Shown: piece by piece, positions 17,512-22,996 of the stretch
Position numbering within the stretch: the stretch's first letter is position 1
Layout: each line of letters opens with the position of its first letter
Source: a bacterium
GTDB lineage: Bacteria > Zhuqueibacterota > Zhuqueibacteria > Zhuqueibacterales > Zhuqueibacteraceae
NCBI GenBank assembly: GCA_044869275.1
Contig: JBIOXB010000152.1
Coordinates: 1-22,996, forward strand
Reading direction: 5' to 3'
Length of the DNA: 22,996 nt
Made by a program: the position numbers and the translations under genes
The notes under the pieces: generated by a model
Told to the model about the DNA's origin: nothing
Database searches by the model: none
Seen by the model: only the letters and a program-made list of their open reading frames with translations

Positions 17512-20500
17512 CTACCTCCAATCCCCCGTCAACCCAAAACTCGCCCAATATGCCGGGTGGCGGTTGTGATGATCGCGCACGAAGCGTTGGGCTTCACGCA
17601 AGGCCTGCGCTTTGCTCGCGCCGGATTTGAGAAAACGATAAAAACGCTTCACCGTAATCGCGGTCGCCAAATCATCAACGGTCCACAAGCTTGCGATTAA
17701 CGCAGGCGTGCCAGCAAAGATGAAGCTGCGCGCCAGGCCGGTCACTTCATCACCGCCGGTGACGCGCACCAGCCCGGTTTCGCAGGCCGAAAGCATGACC
17801 AGTGAAGTTTGGAGCTGCATGCCGAAAATCTTATGCGCTTCGAGGCGGCCAGTTCTATGCGTGGAATCCGGCGCCAACAGCAGGGCAGAAAAAAGCGGGT
17901 TGAGGTCATCATAAACCCCATGGCAAGAAAAATGCAAAACCTCCGCTGCTCCCGCCGAAGCAAACAGCGCGCTCGGCGTGGCTTGCCGGCGCGTGTAGCT
18001 CGTGATCTCGCCAAAAGTTTGTTCGAGACTCCTGATCTCTTTCTCGGCAAAAGGCAAATCCAGGCGCGGGTTGCCGAGGTCGGGATTGCCCAAAGCGAGC
18101 ACACGATTTTCTTTCTCTGCACGCGACAACAGCACTGTGCCCTTGCGATAACAAAAGCCCAGAACGGTTGCGCTCGGGGCCAGCGCCAGCGCGTGCGTGT
18201 CGATCAAATACGTGCTATCCGCCCGCTGCAAAGCAGGAAACGGCAAATAATGCAAAGCACCATGCGGCACGATCACCAATTGCTTGGCGGCTTGCAGAAA
18301 AGGCTCGGCCGGTTTGATCAATAGATCATACAAAGCGCGCGCAAAGCTTTCCGTCGAAGCGCGCTTTTGGATAGCTTTGCGGAATTGCACGACGTTCTCA
18401 TTCAGCCGGTTACGTTCAAACGGCGTGGCGACGGCGCGCACTTGTGCGCGATCGACCACCCAGCACAGCAATCGATCTTTCGCAAAGAAATACTCCAGCA
18501 ACGCCACGCTGTCGGCCAGCATGGCTTGTACTTCTGCAATTGGCAGCGGAGCGACGCTTACCGCATCCGCCAATTCCGGATTTGCCGTTTTCATTTCGAT
18601 CAACAAATCCGCATACGCGCGTTGCAGCGCTTGCAGGGAATCGGTGAGCGCGGCAATCTCCCCACGGGTGTTTTCCGGGGGTTGTGCTTGCAGAGTGGCA
18701 ATTTGCCCTTGCACAAAATTGACGGATTCGAGCACCTGCTCGCGGCGTTCCAGCAACGCGCGATCGGCACCGGCTTTCCAATCGATCTTGCCGTTGGCCA
18801 GCAAATCCGCGAAGCTGCGCGATTTGGCGCGCTCGGCCATGAGCAGCGCCTCTGCCTCGCGCTTCATTTGCAGCAACAACAGCACGGCTTCTTCATAGAT
18901 TTCCGATTTGTCGTCGATGAAGCCGCTGCGGTATTCTTCCACCCTGATTTTGGCGCTGAGGCGTTCCAAAGCCCCGATCGCGCGTTGATAGAAACTCAGC
19001 GCATTTTCAACATTGTTCTCCTGCCGCGCCAATACCCCCAATTGCCAAAGGCTGCGCCACTGCACCTCTTCGAGCTGCGCGGTATCCGCTTGCGCGAGCG
19101 CTTCATGCCAGGCCACGCGGGCACGGTCGCGATTGTTTTTCTGCGCATGCGCCAACCCGGCCGTGTACAAAGCTTTGGCGCGGGCGCGCTGGTCGGACAA
19201 TTTAACCGCCAGCGTTTCCGCTTGCGCCACATAGAACAGGGCTGAATCCGGCTGAGTCAAAGCCTGGAAGGTTTGACCGAGATTGAGATAATCGTAGAGC
19301 AGTCCGCGTTGTGTATTCAACCGCACATCGAGGCCGGCCGCCTGCCGGAAACTCGCCAAGGCTTGAGAAAAATTTCTCTGCTGCAAATAGACCAGGCCAA
19401 GATTCTTTTGGATCGTGGCCTGTTCGCGGCGCGCCTCGTTCGCATTTTGATCTTCCAGCTCGAGCGCTTTTTGCAAGGCCTGTTTTTGCGCGTCCAAGGC
19501 GCGCTCGGTGTCGCCCAGGCTTAGCAAAATCAAACCCAGTGCGGTTTGACCACGAATCGATACGATATCGTCTGAGAGCGTTTCAGCCAGTTTTAATGCG
19601 CGCTGTTGGTGTGAGAGCGCGTTTTGATAATCGGCATTGAGCCAATACGTTTCCGCCACAAATTGCTCCGCGCGGGCAATATTGGCGGTATCGGCCAGGG
19701 TTTCAAACATCTGCAAGGCGCGGGTGTGCAATTCCAGCGCCCGGCGATAAGCGGTGAGGCGGCCGTAAACCACGCCCAACAATTGCGTTGTGGTCGCCAC
19801 GGCGCGGTGTTCGCTTTGCAGATACGGCTTGTCGCTCGGGTGCATGTATTGAAATGAAAGCAACGCATTTTCGAAATAACTCAACGCCGCCGTGTTGCGA
19901 TCGCTTTCCAAAGCCAGTTTGCCGAGTAAAGTTTCGGCCTGCAAACGCGGCAGGGCGTGGTTCTGTGCGGAGAAAATATCCGCGGCCGCCTGCGCATACG
20001 AAATCGCGCTATCATAAGCCGCTGCCGCTTGATGAATCTGCGCCAGTTGCACACAAGAGTTTGCCGCGGCGAGCGGGTTGTTCGCGGCCTCGGCCAGCTC
20101 GAGATATTGCCGTTCGGCTGCGATCGCGCCGCGATAATCCTGCAGGCGCAAACGCCATACCGAGAGATTGCGCAGGCTTTGGGTTTCGCGGCGCCAATCT
20201 TGCGCTTGCCGCGCGTTTTCCAAAAGCTTTTGCTCATAATCCGCGGCCGTGGCAAAATCATTCGCCGCCACCGCGCTGGCCTTGATCAACAAATACAGAC
20301 GCTGCACCGCATCTTCCTGCCCAAGCTGGCGGGCCATGGTGAGCGCGGTTTGATAGCTCTTCACGGCGTCCCCAAACGCGCCGAGCTCTTGATAGTTGTT
20401 TCCTTGCGCCACGGTTTCACGAAAATAAAGATCCGCGAATTCTTTTTTCTCCTCCGTCGACATGCCGGAAAATCCCGCCAGCTCAAAACCGGCCCAATCC

Positions 20501-22995
20501 GCCGGTTCGGGAAAACGCGCGCGCACCGCCAATTGCGCAGCTTGAAAAGCATCCGACAATGAAAACTTATCCAGGCACGAATAGAATGTTTTGTAAAACG
20601 CCTCGCGCACCGCGGGCTGTGGCAGCCATTGATTGAGAATCAGAGAAGGCGTGCCAGCGTAAATCAAGCTGCGCTGCAGCGCGATCATCTCTTCGCCCAT
20701 GTGGTTTTTATCATATGGGAACGAGGTGTTTTCCGCCACAATCAAACTGCTCTTGAGATCGAATTCGAACAGACGGTACAGCGGCAGCAGTGCAGCGGTC
20801 CCGCCCCGGCTGGCAGAATGCGCGAGGCGTAAAACGAATCCGGAGTCGAGCGGGCGATCGGGCAATGCTACAAAAGCATGCTTGAGATGCAGCACGCCGG
20901 CGGTTTGAATCTGTTGGCGAGCCGGCAAGGCGGGATCGCGCCAATCCGCGCCGCGCAGCTCGCGCATGGCAAGACCCGAAATCTTTTGGGTGGCGGCAAA
21001 ACCGTTGGCGCCCGCAAGTTCCGGTTTCGAGCCGTCGTTGGTCTCCGTTGAGCCGCCGGCAGCATCCTCCACCAGCAATAGATCTTCACTATTGAGATTT
21101 TTGTGGCGCTCGGCAAATTGCAGCGCCTGCAAGCTGGGCGCGCGGGTCAGCAAGAACTGGGCGGCCAGCACGTCGTTTTTGTACGGCAGGGCGGCGAAAG
21201 GCAAATAATGCAGGCCATCATCCGGAATGATGATCAGCTGCGCATAATCGGCCAGGGTTTTAACCGGTTCGAGCAGCAACGCGGACAATTGCCCCGCTGT
21301 TTTCTGGGAATCACGGCTGCGTGTTTGCCAGGCGGCACGCGCCGAGGCCACGAGCTGCCGCAGATTTTCCTTGGCACAAGGCACGCGGAATTGTTCGACG
21401 CGAGCATTGTTGATGAACCAAATCAATAATTCGTTCGCTGTGGAAAAATACTGCAGCACCGCCGTGCCGCCGGGCAGGCTGTTTTGCACGGCGCGCACGT
21501 CAACCGGCTGCACGCTGAAGAAGCTCGCCAGCTCGGGATCTTCCGCCAGCGCTTCTTGCACGATTGTTTGATAATCCCTTTCCGCTTGTGCCAGTTCCGC
21601 GCGCACGCGCGCCAGCTCCTTCGGCCGCGGCGTTTCTTCGGCTTCGAGCTTGCGCCATTCGCCGCGCAGGCGGCTCAACTCCCGGCGCTGTTCTGCGGCC
21701 AGGCCGCCGCTGCCGCCCCAGATCAAACGATGGCGTTCCTTCTTCGGCAAAATATAACGCGTGGCCGCGAGGTTCACGAAGCGGCTGGCATGGCTGCGCT
21801 CCACCATCGCGAGGGCGGCGCGCGTCAGCGAATCCGTCGTGCCATTCGAGGCGTGCATCTGGGTGAGCAATAAAACGGCGTGCTCATATAACTCGCGTTG
21901 TTCTTGCGCTTCTGAAATGCGTTGCTCAATACCCTCGGGCTCACCCGGCAAAGCTTCGAGCACCGCAATGGCGTTGTCATACCACTCCCAGGGCGAAGCC
22001 CGCGCAAACGCAGCCTCTGCCGGCGGCAGATAAAAGTGCCGCAAGGTGGCGAGCGCATGAGCCACGCGCCAGGATAAATCATTATAATTGTCGTTGAGGC
22101 ATTGATGCAGCGCTTGCGTAAGATGCTCCCACGCCGGGGCATAGTCGCCCGCCAGCATCAACAGGCTCGCAAGATTCCTGCGCACCATCACTTCCTCGCG
22201 CGGGAGGCGAAAAGCCTGCGCCAGGACCAAAGCCGTGTCATAAGCCGCACGCGCTTTGGCCAGGCTTTGCAAAGCGAGCAATGTACGCTGGAGGTTTTGC
22301 TGCAAATCTTCACGTCTTGGACGGTTGCCGGCCTCGTCAGATTGCGCCGCATGACGCCAGTTTTGTTGCGCGGCATAAAAATACAGGTTCCCCAACGTGT
22401 TGCACACCACGAGTTTCTGCCGTGGCGATTGCAGAGCCACCTGCGCCAGCGACACTTGCGAAGCTTGCAGCAGCGAATCGAGCGCAAGGGAAAACGGCAC
22501 CGCCTCCCTGCCCCAGTTTTGCTGCAAGAGCGCGAGATTGCCGAGATTGATCAGGTTGATGACCTTGCCGGCATGCAATTGCTGGCGGTCGCACAGGCGG
22601 AACGATTGCAGGAAATAATCCCCCGATTTTTGATAGTCGCGCAAATTGTACCACAAAATACCGAGCTTGTTCAACGCCACTGCCTCTCCGGTGAAATACT
22701 TGCGCTGTTGAAAACTTTCCGCCTTTTGCTCCAGCGTGGCGATCGCCTCGTGATATTCCTTGCGCGCGGCCCAGCTTTCCTCAATGATGCTGAACACCAA
22801 TTCGTTCTCCTGCTCATAACTCAAGCCTTCGACGCTGGATTCTTCGCCCGCGGGCTCGAGTGTCCACCAAAACACCGGCAAGCCGAAGAGCTTGATGCGC
22901 AGCCACCATTGCGAACCGCCCGCCGCGGCTTGCGCATTCCTCCTACGGCTGCATGCAGGCCGTCCTGCACGAGAAGCTCCCGACCGGTCTTTCGG
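17512..22995 (-). CDS. Large TPR-repeat protein with two CHAT (clan CD caspase-like) domains; open at the window edge, so probably 5'-truncated
   Basis: There is no stop in frame from 22995 to 17514, so the ORF-track start at 22881 is not forced. Multiple TPR-like helices are present (ALNKLGILWYNLRDYQKS, IQKNLGLVYLQQRNFSQALASF). The C-terminal CHAT has LVIVPHGALHYLPF, VLHFSCHG, LVMLSACETG, FIFAGTPALIASLWTVDD and HPAYWASFGLTG. A second, degenerate CHAT lies at about 21480-20474. Confidence 0.9.
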   Translation of the reverse strand, partial: PKDRSGASRAGRPACSRRRNAQAAAGGSQWWLRIKLFGLPVFWWTLEPAGEESSVEGLSYEQENELVFSIIEESWAARKEYHEAIATLEQKAESFQQRKYFTGEAVALNKLGILWYNLRDYQKSGDYFLQSFRLCDRQQLHAGKVINLINLGNLALLQQNWGREAVPFSLALDSLLQASQVSLAQVALQSPRQKLVVCNTLGNLYFYAAQQNWRHAAQSDEAGNRPRREDLQQNLQRTLLALQSLAKARAAYDTALVLAQAFRLPREEVMVRRNLASLLMLAGDYAPAWEHLTQALHQCLNDNYNDLSWRVAHALATLRHFYLPPAEAAFARASPWEWYDNAIAVLEALPGEPEGIEQRISEAQEQRELYEHAVLLLTQMHASNGTTDSLTRAALAMVERSHASRFVNLAATRYILPKKERHRLIWGGSGGLAAEQRRELSRLRGEWRKLEAEETPRPKELARVRAELAQAERDYQTIVQEALAEDPELASFFSVQPVDVRAVQNSLPGGTAVLQYFSTANELLIWFINNARVEQFRVPCAKENLRQLVASARAAWQTRSRDSQKTAGQLSALLLEPVKTLADYAQLIIIPDDGLHYLPFAALPYKNDVLAAQFLLTRAPSLQALQFAERHKNLNSEDLLLVEDAAGGSTETNDGSKPELAGANGFAATQKISGLAMRELRGADWRDPALPARQQIQTAGVLHLKHAFVALPDRPLDSGFVLRLAHSASRGGTAALLPLYRLFEFDLKSSLIVAENTSFPYDKNHMGEEMIALQRSLIYAGTPSLILNQWLPQPAVREAFYKTFYSCLDKFSLSDAFQAAQLAVRARFPEPADWAGFELAGFSGMSTEEKKEFADLYFRETVAQGNNYQELGAFGDAVKSYQTALTMARQLGQEDAVQRLYLLIKASAVAANDFATAADYEQKLLENARQAQDWRRETQSLRNLSVWRLRLQDYRGAIAAERQYLELAEAANNPLAAANSCVQLAQIHQAAAAYDSAISYAQAAADIFSAQNHALPRLQAETLLGKLALESDRNTAALSYFENALLSFQYMHPSDKPYLQSEHRAVATTTQLLGVVYGRLTAYRRALELHTRALQMFETLADTANIARAEQFVAETYWLNADYQNALSHQQRALKLAETLSDDIVSIRGQTALGLILLSLGDTERALDAQKQALQKALELEDQNANEARREQATIQKNLGLVYLQQRNFSQALASFRQAAGLDVRLNTQRGLLYDYLNLGQTFQALTQPDSALFYVAQAETLAVKLSDQRARAKALYTAGLAHAQKNNRDRARVAWHEALAQADTAQLEEVQWRSLWQLGVLARQENNVENALSFYQRAIGALERLSAKIRVEEYRSGFIDDKSEIYEEAVLLLLQMKREAEALLMAERAKSRSFADLLANGKIDWKAGADRALLERREQVLESVNFVQGQIATLQAQPPENTRGEIAALTDSLQALQRAYADLLIEMKTANPELADAVSVAPLPIAEVQAMLADSVALLEYFFAKDRLLCWVVDRAQVRAVATPFERNRLNENVVQFRKAIQKRASTESFARALYDLLIKPAEPFLQAAKQLVIVPHGALHYLPFPALQRADSTYLIDTHALALAPSATVLGFCYRKGTVLLSRAEKENRVLALGNPDLGNPRLDLPFAEKEIRSLEQTFGEITSYTRRQATPSALFASAGAAEVLHFSCHGVYDDLNPLFSALLLAPDSTHRTGRLEAHKIFGMQLQTSLVMLSACETGLVRVTGGDEVTGLARSFIFAGTPALIASLWTVDDLATAITVKRFYRFLKSGASKAQALREAQRFVRDHHNRHPAYWASFGLTGDWR

Positions 22996-22996
22996 A

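Noticed and set aside
17322..17700. Small hydrophobic ORFs (17322-17630, 17333-17569, 17476-17700 +) as membrane peptides or toxins
   Set aside because: Their Phe/Leu-rich stretch is simply the translation of the pyrimidine repeat tract, and they run antisense into the CHAT gene.
2483..20562. Long antisense or alternate-frame ORFs in the track (e.g. 2483-3334 -, 4982-5806 -, 16566-17321 +, 18367-19245 +)
   Set aside because: They overlap well-supported genes and have no recognisable motifs. They are typical shadow ORFs of GC-rich coding DNA.
17512..22995. Craspase (Csx29) or other CRISPR-associated protease
   Set aside because: There are no cas genes, CRISPR array or Csx30/Csx31/RpoE-like neighbours in the window. 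The double-CHAT architecture and envelope-protein neighbours do not match.

Overview
Bacterial genomic window. Gene content and permease style suggest an FCB-group or KSB1-like lineage (inference only). On the + strand are the 3' part of kdpD and a complete kdpE. These are followed by a tandem array of four ~800-aa MacB/FtsX-like duplicated ABC permeases with no ATPase, adaptor or TolC gene beside them. The array is punctuated by heptamer-repeat hairpins, interrupted by a frameshifted and truncated lipoprotein metallopeptidase remnant, and ends in a 98-aa mini-permease. Converging on the - strand are a very large TPR protein with two CHAT (caspase-like) domains, which runs off the window edge, an exported FecR-domain protein and a 1079-aa AsmA-like protein. 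The first CHAT domain lacks the catalytic Cys; the second has an intact His-Cys dyad. The most interesting candidate system is the pseudo-CHAT/active-CHAT TPR protease with the FecR-like and AsmA-like genes. A shared ATTGACW-N19-CAAGTT motif lies about 40 nt upstream of both the permease array and the FecR/AsmA unit. No rRNA, tRNA, CRISPR array or transposase was recognised.
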